Source of the DNA: Fonticula alba ATCC 38817
Lineage: Eukaryota; Protista; Nucleariida
NCBI GenBank assembly: GCA_000388065.2
Contig: KB932203.1
DNA length: 52,476 nucleotides
Strand: one strand, 5' to 3'
Part shown: positions 24,617 to 36,186 of the stretch, piece by piece
How the letters are laid out: every line of letters begins with the position of its first letter
Numbering within the stretch: position 1 is the first letter of the stretch
The notes under the pieces: model-generated
The model's input: the letters and a program-made list of their open reading frames with translations, nothing else
Databases searched by the model: none
Told to the model about the DNA's origin: nothing
Program-made: the position numbers and the translations under genes

Positions 24617-26389
24617 TCAGCACATCCGAAGCAGATCCGGCCGGACCATGACCGGCTTGCGGCCATCGCCGAAGGCCGGCTGCTGGCCGTCAGCCGGGCC
24701 GGCGCCAATGGCCCCGGTGGCCGCACGCAGCGCCCGGCCAGTGCCCTCCTCGTCGAAGGGGAAAGCCTGCGTCGGGAGGACGACAATGCGCCGGCGCACG
24801 GCCAGCGCAATCGAGTCGAGGGCCCGCTGCCGGGTGGCCAAGTCGGCATTGGCGGCCCAGCGCGTCAGCCAGAAGCCCCGCGCCGCGATGTCATTGAAGA
24901 TGAAGGGGCCGGCCCCGACCGACAGCGGCGCTCGGGCCAAGCCCCCGTACGTGACCACCGACGCGCCGGGGCGCAGGTGCCGCGAAAGCTCCGACCCATG
25001 GACCCCGCACACGGCATTGAAGGCCACATGCGCTTCGATGGCACCCTCGCCGGCTCGGAGGGCCTCCACCTGCTCGGCCGACGCCGGACGGCCCAGGGTC
25101 TCGGCCACCCCGCGCAGGAGGCGGCCACTGGACGGGTGCGTGACCACCGGCCGGTCATTCAGCGCGGCGGCCAGTGCCGCCTCCGGGTCGGCGGCCGGGC
25201 CAGCACCAGCGCCACCGGCTCCGCCCGAGCCCCGGGCCCCACGCCCGCGCGCCTTCAGCTCCTCCTCCGTCAAGACCACCGTGGCTCCGAAGCGCAGGAG
25301 CCGCCGGCGCAGCGCCTCCGTCTCATCGGCCGTGCCCCGGGCGCGGATCACATTCACCGTGTGATGCCCCAGCGCCTGGGCCAGCTGGATGACCGCCAGG
25401 CCGACGGCACTGTTGGCGGCATTCTGCAAGATGACCATGCCCGGCTGGACCCCGCCCCCGGGCAGGAAGTCCGCCAACAGCCGATACGCCGTCAGCGGGT
25501 TGATGGACATGGTGGCCGCCTCGGCCGGGGTCAAGTTGCTTTCGCCATTCAGGTAGCACCCGGTGCGCTGGACCAGCAGCAAGTCCCGGCAGTCATCCAC
25601 CGCCAGGACCGACCGCCAGGTCCCGGCCCCGGCCTGCGGGAGGACCACCCAGTCGCCGACCGCCAGGCCGACCGGTGACCGGGGAGCCGCCGCGCCCCCC
25701 GGGCCGCCGGCCTCGGCATCGGCGCCCTGGTCCGGCAGGAGGAGTCGGTCGCTGGCGGCCGCGGCCGCGGCCATCACCGCGTCCAGGCCGCCCGGGCCGC
25801 CGCCGCCCACGGCCCCGTCATCCGCCTGCAGCAGGGCCCGGTGGAGCTCGGCCCCGCGCACATCGGCCCCCGGGTCCACGCGCGATCCCAGCCGCGGCCG
25901 CGGCGCGTCATACAGCAGCTCCCCGGCTTGGACTTCGGCCCCAAGCTCCACCACCTCGAAGACGCCCTCATTGCCGCCGATGGCCGGCAGGGCGCCCGGC
26001 CGGATGGGATACACCCCTTCGATGGTGTTGATGTCGGCCGGGTGGATGGGAGCCCCGACCAGGCGCAGCCGGGCCCCGCGCGGGCCTACCGGCTGGTCCT
26101 CCCAGTTGACGTGGAAGTTGTGAAACCTGCGTGTCCCAATGTGTGTGCGTGTGCGTGTGTGTGTGGGGGGGGGGGGTGATTGTCAGCGGCAGAGCGGGCG
26201 CGAGGGAGGACGACAGCATGCGACCCATCGGTGGCACCCGCATGGGCAGGGGACGCACTTGAGCACCTCGGTCGGCTGACCGTGCCGGGCGAAGGCCAGT
26301 GCGGCCGAGGCCACGGACCGGGTGACGATGGAGGCCGGCCGGGAAGCAGCATGCTGGGCCCGGACAGAGAGCCGACTGGCGACGAACAT
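24617..26389 (-). CDS. MECR: Mitochondrial trans-2-enoyl-thioester reductase (MECR/Etr1), 2 exons
   Basis: Exon 26389-26259 (presequence-like, FARHGQPTEVLK) joins 26126-24617: APIHPADINTIEGVYP, GGNEGV, AATMSINPLTAYRLL, ILQNAANSAVGLAVIQLA, NAVCG, VVTYGG, FIFNDIAARGFW. Confidence 0.93.
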
Positions 26390-26897
26390 TCGAGGCGCGG
26401 GGAGGGGCGAAAAAAGAAAAAAAAGACGGGCGAGGGGGGACGGTGGGTTTGTGCAAAAGAGGAGGAGGCCGCAATGGGACGGGGCGTATGAGGCGAGTGC
26501 GCGTGTGCGTGTGTGTGTGTGTGTGTAGTTGCGATTGGCTGCGTGCAGGTGTATATTCCGCGGGGTCTAGGTGAAAGAATGGTAACCCGCATTTATGTCG
26601 TGTACATGTGTGGATGGGGAAGGGGGGGGGGGGGCCATGTCGCGCGGCGCGCTCGTTCTCCGAGGCAGCGGAGATCGGGTTGAGGAGCGGGCCGGGGCGG
26701 GGGGCATCGAAGATCGGCGGACAGGCCGCGCACAGGGGACGCCGGCGTCACCGGCGCCGAGGCGGCCCCCCCCCCCAGGCACGGGCGGCCCCCGGTGGCG
26801 GCTGCGTCGTCTAGGGCATGACCACATGCGTTGGCAATTGACACACCGCGGGATCCGGCCCCCCCCCCCCCCGCCTGGCGCTCCCAGGGACCCAAGT

Positions 26898-27689
26898 CTA
26901 TTCCTGCCGCTCGGGGGCCGGCGCGGCGGCCGCCGGAGTGGCCGCCGGAGTGGCCGCCGGCCCACCGGCGGCATACGACCGGGAAAGGGCACGGCGGTGA
27001 CGAGCCAACAGCCGGGCGGCCATGGCCGAGGACATGCCCGTGGCCGGGGCCGCATCGGCCGGCTCCGGCGAGGCCGTCGCCCCCGCGGAGGCCGCTGCGG
27101 CCTCCGGCTCGGCTGCCACATGGGCCGCCGGGGTGGCCGCCTGCTCGGCGGCCGGCCGCCCGGCCGGCAGGGCCCCCACCTTGGCCGACAGCTGGAAGAG
27201 CACGCCCGCGCGATTGTGCATCTGGATGATGTCCGACCGCTGGCGATCCAGCTGGGCCTCCATGTCCAGGTAGTCCTGGCGCCGGGCCTCGAAGATGCGC
27301 AGCATCTGCGGCACGATCGACCGCTCGGCAAAGGCCATGGCAGTCGGCAGGCCCTGGTCAAAGAAAACCGCCCCAATCAGGGCCTTCACCGCGTCCGAGA
27401 TGATGGTCCGGTCGGCGGACCAGGGCCCGGCCTCGGCGCGCTGCGCCTGGATCCCCTCCTGCAGCACGGCCGCCGGCATGTCGAAGAGGAAGGCATCATG
27501 CTTGAAGACCAGGGCCCGGTCCAGGCGCAGGAGGCGCCCGACCCGCGTCGGGATCCGGCTCGATTCCAGCGCGGTCAGCTGCTGCCGCAGGTCCTCCAGC
27601 TAGGCGGAGGTGGGCCCCGACATGGAAGGAGCGAGGCGCATGGTGCCCATGTGAATGTGCGCGTGTGCGCAAATGTAAAAATTCACATG

Positions 27690-27771
<82 letters not shown>

Positions 27772-28279
27772 CGAGTGGGCACGCGAGTGCATGTGGTGCG
27801 TGTGTGCGTGTGTGTGTGCGTGCGAGTGCATGTGGTGCGTGTGTCAGTATTGCCCGGTCCTTACGGCTGGCTGGCGACCGGCGGCCCGGAGGACAAAGCT
27901 GTCCCCAGAACACGCGCAGAATAGGGGGGGGCGGCGGCGGCAGGCAGCCACGACGCGCCAGCACACATGCGCACCGGGATGGTAGGGTTGTGAGACATCA
28001 CAGCATAGAGAAGCGCCGAGCTGAGGATGGTCTGGCCCATCTCCACGTGTCTGCCGCGGGCGAGCGGGGAAGGCGCCAAGGAAGGAGGGACCAGACAAAG
28101 GCCACCACCGCCCGAGGGAGGAAAGCCGAGTAAGACCACAGACGGGTGCACAAGCGAACCGGCGTCCACCAGGGCCCGGCGACAGTCGACAGAGGTGAGT
28201 GCCCGATGGAAAGCCGCGGCCAGGCGGGGTGTGTGGCAGGGGCTGGTCGGGGCCCGGGGGCCGCGCCTCGCTGCTGTGT

Positions 28280-28370
<91 letters not shown>

Positions 28371-29932
28371 CGGAATGACCGCGACTCGGGGGTTCATGCG
28401 CACCGGAGGTTGGAGATGCTCGACTGGGTGAGGGCAGCCGTGCCGGCCTCGGTGCTGGTCAAATGCGCAACCCGGTCATGCGGGATGAACACCTGCCGCA
28501 GGAGATTCGGCTCCTTGAAGGAAAGCTGCAGGGGGGGGAAAGTAAGAAAAGGAAAGAAGCACCGGGAGAAAGGGCCCAAAAAGGGGACGCCCACGCGAGT
28601 CAGCCCACGCCCAGATGCCGCCTCGGCCGGCTCGCCGCGGCGACGGCACGCACCTCAAGCTCCTCGGCCACCCGACGGACATTCCGATCGAAGTGCGGCG
28701 GGAGGTTCAGGAAGGCAAAGGTCTGGTCGGTCAGGCGCCAGTGCACCGGCACCCGTGGCCGGAGGAGGCTCACGTCGCGGGTCTTGAGCGTGCTGTCGGA
28801 CAGGAGCGGCGCCTGGAAGGGGCCGGTCGAGGGCCCGGCCGCCGTGGCGGCCCCCGGCGCGGCGGCCTTGGACCGGGCGGCCGGCTCGGGCGCCTGCCCA
28901 CCCGGCCCCAGCCCGAAGATGCCATCCTCATCCTTCAGATGCCGCGAGTACTGGCGCTGCTCGTCCAGCTGCGAGCGGGCCTCGGCGATGGAGATGATCG
29001 ACGAGGCAAAGGTCGAGGCCACCGGCGCCGGGACATCCGGCCGCCGCCCGGTCAGCGCGTGGGCCAAAAACCGATAGTAGTCCACCGGGTCGGCCAGCGC
29101 CGCGGCCTGCTGCCGGAGCAGCAGCGGCAAATTCGGCGACACCGATGTCACGCGCTCGAAGAAGCCGCGCAGCTCCCGCGCCACGGCCCCCGCATCCGAC
29201 AGGTCCTCCAACACCGGCAGCGGGGGCAGGCTATCGGCCGGCGGGAAGCCCGGAGGCAGGGACACCTGGGTCAGCACCGGGGCCGAGGCCGCCCCCGGGG
29301 CCGCGGCCACCGCCCCGGCCACGCCGGCAACCGCGCCAGCAGCAGTGGCGGCGCCAGTCGCAGCCCTGCCGGTGCCAGCCCCGCCAGCACGCCTGCCACC
29401 AGCCTCCGACCGGGAGCCCGGGGCCGCATCCCGACGCGGCGGCGGATCCCCACCGCGCTTCGGCAGCCAGCCCTCCGGCCGGACGGCCGACAGGGCCGAC
29501 GATCCGAGCAAACTGGCGCTGCTGCTGTCCAGGAAGGAGGCCCGCCGCCGCGGGGTCGACCCCTCGGCCGCCGACGGGTGGTAAAGCGGATCCCGGCGCC
29601 GGGCCTCGGCCGCCGCCAGCTCCCGCTCCCGGCGCCGGCGCTGCTTGTCGGCCATCTTCGTGGGGAGATCCCGCTTCCGGGGGGGAGGGCCGGCCGCCGG
29701 GGAGGCTTCCTCGGCCGGCCGGCCGGCCTCCTCGCGGCGAGTCTTCCGCCGCCGGGGAGTCGGCTCCACCGAGTCGGCCACCGGGCGCGAGGGGAAATTG
29801 CTGTCGCCCACGCTCTGGGACACCTGGCGCACATGCCTCAGCGTGTTGTTGGCATCCTCCACCAGCTTGCGCTCCAGATCGGCCAGCCACTCGGGAGACC
29901 CGATGTGCTCGTCGTCATCGGCCGCGTTGCTT

Positions 29933-29966
<34 letters not shown>

Positions 29967-30093
29967 CATCGCGGGCCGCTGCCGCCATAGACCGACAGGC
30001 ATCGGCGCCGTGCCGCATCGGGGCACCCGCCGGACGGGCCGCCACCATGGGGCCCGCTCGCCGGAGGACCGTGGCCGAAAGCGAGGAGAGCAT
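26898..30093 (-). CDS. Mitochondrial-targeted RNase III-fold protein with degenerate active site (mitoribosomal mL57/mL44-like), 4 exons
   Basis: Exons 30093-28654, 28525-28404, 28050-~27974, 27599-26898. N-terminus [14 protein letters not shown] is presequence-like. [13 protein letters not shown]; [13 protein letters not shown] (cf. NERLEFLGD); [10 protein letters not shown]; [16 protein letters not shown] (cf. DxxEALIGAIYLDxG). No dsRBD seen. Confidence 0.7.
27689..27842. repeat. (TG)n microsatellite with imperfect extension, intronic
   Basis: A long pure tg run followed by two near-copies of gcgagtg(g)catgtggtgcgtgtg. Confidence 0.85.
28280..28368. repeat. Poly-G homopolymer of about 89 nt, intronic
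   Basis: Seen directly. Similar runs occur at 13152-13192, 14310-14389 and 36096-36184. Confidence 0.8.
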
Positions 30094-30819
30094 GTGGGTT
30101 GGGGAGGGGGAGACGAGGTAGCTGGGCAGGGGGGCGGGGGGAGAAACGGCAAAAAGGCGGCGCGAGGAGACTTCCAGGTGCAACGGCAGAGGGGGGGGAA
30201 AGCAAGAGGGGGGGAGAGGGAGAAAGAGGGAGAGAGAGAGAGAGAGAGGGAGAGAGAGAGAGGGAGAGAGGGGGATTGTTTCGGCCTTCTCGATGGCCTG
30301 GGGAACACGGCCCGCCGCCCTGGTATCAGAAAGGGGACCGCCTCATGGCGGCGCAAGGTGGCGCACGTGTTCCCGGCGTCACGCTCACACATGCCAACGA
30401 ACAAGCGGGCGGTCCCGGACGCCCGGCGCGCGCCGGGCGACTGTCCGGCCTCGTCCCCCCCCCCCCCCCCGGCCCCCGGCCCCGGTGCCCCTCGCTGGGA
30501 TGGAAAAGAAAAAATGGGACCCAGGGGTGCACGGCACGGGATGACGCGCGAGGAGAATCGAGGGTGTGAATGTATTTTCGGGCGTGAACGCGCGGCGGTC
30601 AGAGGGGGGAGGATGAAGCGGAGTCCCGGCGAGATGGCCGGCGCGGGCAGGCACAGGCCCCCCCCGGGCCGTCCCCGGCAGGAGAAGACGAGGCATGCCG
30701 CATGGGCCACCGGCGCAAATGCAAGCCCACGCGTGTGAATATGTGTCTCCATGCAGGGGGGGGAGGGATGTGCGCGCGTACGCGCCCGGTAGCGCATCTC
30801 CTCGCGGGCCCCCCCCCTT

Positions 30820-31096
30820 CTAGGACTCCATCGACAGCGAGAGGGAGGACGACCGAGGGGTACGGGTGTCCATGAACCGGAAAACAAAGTTCGACACATA
30901 GCCAATCATCACCGGCAGGCCCAGCAGGAGCGGCACAAAGAAGGGCACCGCCGGCGGGAAGGGGGGCTGCAGGCGGAGGATGGCGTCCACCCGGCGCATC
31001 TGCTCGATGCCGTACCGCGCAGCCAGTGACCGGGCGCGAGCTTCGTACATGGTTTCCAGGCGGGTGTAGGGAGACTGTGCGCATGCGTCCGGGCGG

Positions 31097-31138
<42 letters not shown>

Positions 31139-32679
31139 AAGGGAGAAACAGACAGAAGTGCGCGTGCAAAGGACCGGCAAACTGCGCGCCCATGCGCGTG
31201 CGCGGGCATTTGGGGAGGAAAAAAACCCACCGCAGCAAGATCCCCCGCCCCACCCCGCCCCCTTGGATACCGGCCGCCAGGCATGCCCTTCAGGAGAGCG
31301 AGCCACCGAGCAAGACACGCACCCGGCGGAAACCCACCGACTGGTAGGCCATCAGCTCGGACACGAGCGGGCTGTTCGGATGCTTGGTCTCCTCCAGCTG
31401 GATGACGATGATGCCGAAGATGGAGTGCTTCATGCAGGAGGTCCACGTGTGGCAATGCTGGGACTGGTAGAGTCTAAACAGGATGTTGATCAGCTCGTCG
31501 CTGCTCTCATCCAGCCCCGGCATGCTCAGGACACGTCGATCGATGACGCTGAACATGGACCCGGTGATCCGGTCCAGCACCATGGCGATCATCAAGTACG
31601 AGCAATAGAGGGTCGTGTAGAATTGGATGTCTGTGCATGCGTCGTACGGGGGAGGGGGGGGGAGAGCGCGCGCGCGCGCGAGGTGGGAAAGGGAGACAGA
31701 GAGTGCGGAGGGAGGAAGGGGGGGGGGGGGGGGCGTGCGTCGGTGAGTTGACAGGTGTGTGCGTGCGCGCGCCAAAAGACAATCCGGTCCTTGGCGAGAT
31801 GCGGCGCTCAGGGCGAGACGACGCGAGCCGGGAAAAGGGACGGGAAGAACGCACACCACATGGGCAGGGGCGCCGGCTTCGGCAAAGCCTGGTCCATGTC
31901 CACCTCGGCATCCTTCAGCAGCTGCAGCAGGTCCGAACTGGGCCCGGCCAGCGGCTCCGACGACACCGGCGCAGGCGTCGGCGACGCCGTCATCGGAGAG
32001 GAGGCGGAGGACCCCAATGACGAGGTCGATGACGAGGCCGACATCGACCGCTCCATCGCCAGCGTCGGGCCCCCATGCTCCAGGGCGCTGGACATGGCGA
32101 ACTTCGTCAGGTACGAGGCATTCATGATGGACAGGTCCCGACGGCCGCGCCCGCGCCGACTGACCACGCCCCCATGGTCGGGAGCCGCCACGGCGCTCGA
32201 CAGGGCCGCCTGGCTGGCCATGCCCTCGGCCGCCGGGCGGACCGCGGTGGTCGTCGCCGGCGCCACGTCCGGGACCTCACCATCCTCGGCGCCGGTGCCG
32301 GTGTCGGGCTCGATCTCGGCCCCGGCCGCCGGCCCCTGCATGAGGGCTTGGGCCTCGGTGCCAGCCTCGGCCACAGGAGGCTGGGGATCATCCTCGGCCC
32401 GGGTCCCGGGCAGGCGACACCGGAGCAAGCATGTCCGACGCACGTTGAAGGGCCGCATGAGGCCCAACTCAAAGTGGCCCGCAAAGGACCGCCCTTGCGA
32501 GGCATCCTGGCGCTCGGTCGACATATCCTCCAGCGAGGAGTCCTCCGTGGCGGCCGCCAACTCCAAGGACCGACCCCAGATCAAGCGCCCTGCTTGCAGG
32601 TAGAGCTGCGAACCGGGCGGACAGACAAAAAAGGGGAGCCCGCCAGCCAGCGGCAATAGAGAGAGGGAGAGAGGGGAGG

Positions 32680-32715
<36 letters not shown>

Positions 32716-34208
32716 ATGAGGAAAGAGTCAATACAGGCAGATCCCAGCGCCGGGTGGGCCCAGGAGAGGAGCCAAGGGCAAAGGAAGGCGAAGCCAGGGA
32801 CAACGAAGGAACCACAGCAACAGGCGCACCTTTCGCGCCTCGGCAATGTGCCCGGCAAAGGCCAGCCGGTCGGCGTGCTCGCGGATCAGCCGCGCCTTCC
32901 GCGTATTGCTGGCCATCTGCGGCGACAGGGACAGGGTCTTCACCAGCACCAGGACCTTCACCAGGGTCATCAGGCCAAACCACCGGAAGAAGCCCAAGGT
33001 CACATAGAGGACGGAACACAATGGCCCATAGGCGAAGGAGACAAACGCCGACAGGATCTTCGCCCGGGTGGACGCAAAGACCTCGGTGGAAATGATCGAT
33101 GGCAGGGACCCCTCCAGCGTGGCGGCCGCCATGGCCGATGCCATGTCCCCCGCCTCGGGCGGGGTGTAGTTCGGAAGCGGCATCAGCAGCAACACCACCG
33201 ACACCAAGACACAGACACTCAGCGCCCCGTCGATGGCGAAGAAGGACGGAGACCGGCGCTTCCGCGGGTTGATCTCGGCCAACGGCAGGCCGGCCCCGCC
33301 GTCCGGGAGATGCTCCCCCGCCACGGCCGGGACCGGGCCGCCGGCATCCGGCGCAGCCCCCTCGCCACCGGCCACCGGCCCATCGGCCAGGGGCCCATCG
33401 CCGGCGAGGACACCGGGGGCGCCGGCCAGGTCGGCCGTGGCCGGGGCCTGCGCCGGTGCCGGGAGCGCCAGCACCGGGGCTGCTTCGGCCACGGCCGGGG
33501 CCCGGTCGCCGGGCATGGTGCCCTGCCCCGGCCGGGGGGCCGAGCCACCGGCACCCGACCGCAAATGATGCGGCTGCGGCTGGAGGAAGTGCCGAGGCGC
33601 CCCCGGAGGAGGAGCTGGCCCCCATGGCTTCGGCTGCGTGGCGGCCCTGCCGCCCTCCCGGTACGAGGGGGAATAGTGCGACGGGTAGAACCCATCCACC
33701 GGGCCGTCCTGCCCCGGCCCCGCTGGGTAGTAAAACTCCCCCCCGGGACCGGGGGCAAAGGGCGCCTGGTGCGCCGCCGCCGCCGGGGAGCCACCATACT
33801 GGCCCCCGCTGTGGTAGAGGCTGCCATGGGGTGGGAGGGGCCCCGGTGCCGAGCCCCGTGAATGATATGCCGGAGGCGCCTGTCGCCGAGGAGACTCGCC
33901 GCCTCCCACCCCGGGATAGTATGGGCCTCCGGCCGCCAGGCCGGCAGGCGGCAGTCGAGCCCCCTCGCCCCGGGGGTAGCCCCCGCCCGAGGTGGACAGA
34001 CCATCGTCGCTGGCCGGCGCCGCTGGCAGATACCACCCCCGAGGAGGCGGGCCGCCAGGAGGACCCGGCGACATGCCATCCGGCACCGACATCCGGTACC
34101 CATGGCTTGGTGGTCCATAGTACCGGCCGTCGGCCAGCGAGTCGACACCATACCCATCGCCACCCGCCAGTGGGTACTGATGGTGACGGTGGTAATCATA
34201 ATAGGGCG

Positions 34209-34241
<33 letters not shown>

Positions 34242-34591
34242 AGCCGGGCTGGTGATAATCGGAAGGGAATGGAGCGAGCGGACCGCCCCCCGGGAGATAG
34301 CCACCACTGGTCGCCGGGGGGGCGATCAAGTGTGGCGGCAGTGGCGCACCGTCCGGTCGGTGTGCGTACCTCCGAGACGCCTCTATGGTGGCAGCGGGCA
34401 GGGGGAAAGACGGAGCCCGCGAGCCAGAAGCCGCGACAAAAGGTCAGCACCACTGTGTGGCAGGGGGAAGGCCGGCGAAAGGGACAGAACCCGACCCATG
34501 CGGCGGCCTCCGTCGTACCATCATCACCGGCCAGACCGGCCGGTGTCACAAAGGAAGAGGAGGCGCCCCCCGGCGGCCCCCGACGCATGAA

Positions 34592-34622
<31 letters not shown>

Positions 34623-36110
34623 TGTGGGGGAGGCTGCTGGGAGGGGGGCTCATGGCGAAAAAAATGCCGGTCCTGAGGCGACAGCCCAGAAGGCGGGGGT
34701 CCTGACGGGTCGGACCGGACCGGGCTGGCCCCGGGCCCGGGGGCGTCACCAGCGAATCCACCTGCCGGTGGCCCGCCCGGATAGTGTCCAGCGAATGGCC
34801 CGGAGAGGCCACCGGCCGGGTGCCGGGATGGATACGCCTGCTGCTGCTGCTGCTGCCGGCCAACCGGAGCATGAGACGAATGGTGGTGATGATGGTGGTA
34901 CGGGTGGGCGGCGGCCGCGGCCGCGGCGCTCGCGGCTCCGGGGGGATTGCCCCCGGCGCCGGCCGCCGCCGCCGCCGCCGCTTGATCGGCCTCACTCAAC
35001 GGCGTGTTCAGCCCATTGGACGAACCGGATGGCGGCGCGCTCGGCACCCCACCCGACCCGAAGGAAGCCGACGAAGAAGCGGCCCCCGGGGCCGAGGAGA
35101 AGGACCCCGCACTCGCAGGGGGAGCCTCATCGCCGGGCGAGGAAAAGGGCCCGGCCGAGCCATCCGGCGGCGAGTTGACCATCACCGAGCCACCGAGGTC
35201 GGGCGCTGGTACCGGCCCCGGTAACCCCCCGGCCGGCCCATGCATCCCATGCGCATGGCCGCCCCCGCCGAGGGACCCCGAGCCAGGGGCCCCGGCCGGC
35301 GGCACCGAGCGCGACATTTGCGAATAGGCCCCGCTGTGGCCCGGCTGCGAGTAGGCATGCCCCGGCGGAGGCAGGGGCTGGCCCCCGGACGGGGTGGGCC
35401 CCCTGGCCGAGGAGCCCCCCGACGAGCCGGGGGTCGTGTGCCCGGAAGACCCGCCCGCCCCGGGCGAGGGGGATGGCCCATCAGCAGGCCCGGGGCCGCC
35501 CTCCGAGGCCGGGCCACCGTCCGACGCGCCGGGCCCGGAGGCGGCCGCCCGCTCCAGCTGCGCAATGCGATCCTGCAACTGGCGGACCTTCAGCCGGAGC
35601 TCCAGATTCGACCGGTGCAACGACCGGCACGAGCTGGTCAGGGTGTCGACAAAGGTGACACTGCGCGAGAGGATGGCCGCCTTGGAGGGCTTGCGATCCC
35701 CCCGCAGGCCGGCCTCCAGCCCGGTGATTTCGAGCAGATCGCTCTGTGCATCCGGAAGCAGCCCGTACAGCTGGTTGATGGCCGAGTTGATGCTTTGCTG
35801 CCGGCGCCGCTCCGACACATTGTGGTTGTGCTGCTTCAGAAGCTCAATCGCATCGGCATCCAGGGCCTGGCCGGCCGACAGGGCTGCCGCGGCCTCGGCT
35901 GCCGCGGCCTCGCGCCGAATCGACCTACACACGAGCAGGAAGAGGACGCAGGAGGAGGGAGGCATGGAGAGGGCAAGCACGGGGAGAGGCATTGGGGCAG
36001 GGGGGCAGGGGGGGGGGCGGGGGCGCGGCGATGAGCGGGGAAAAACAGAAACAAAGAAACAACAACAACGGACGCCAGGGGGGTGAGAAAAGGGAGGGGG
36101 GGGGGGGGGG

Positions 36111-36186
<76 letters not shown>

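Noticed and set aside
24617-30093. Functional cluster of mitochondrial genes (MECR and pseudo-RNase III), or of chromatin genes (Set2, Yaf9, HIRA)
   Set aside because: Adjacency is expected by chance in a gene-dense eukaryote, and no shared regulatory motif was seen.
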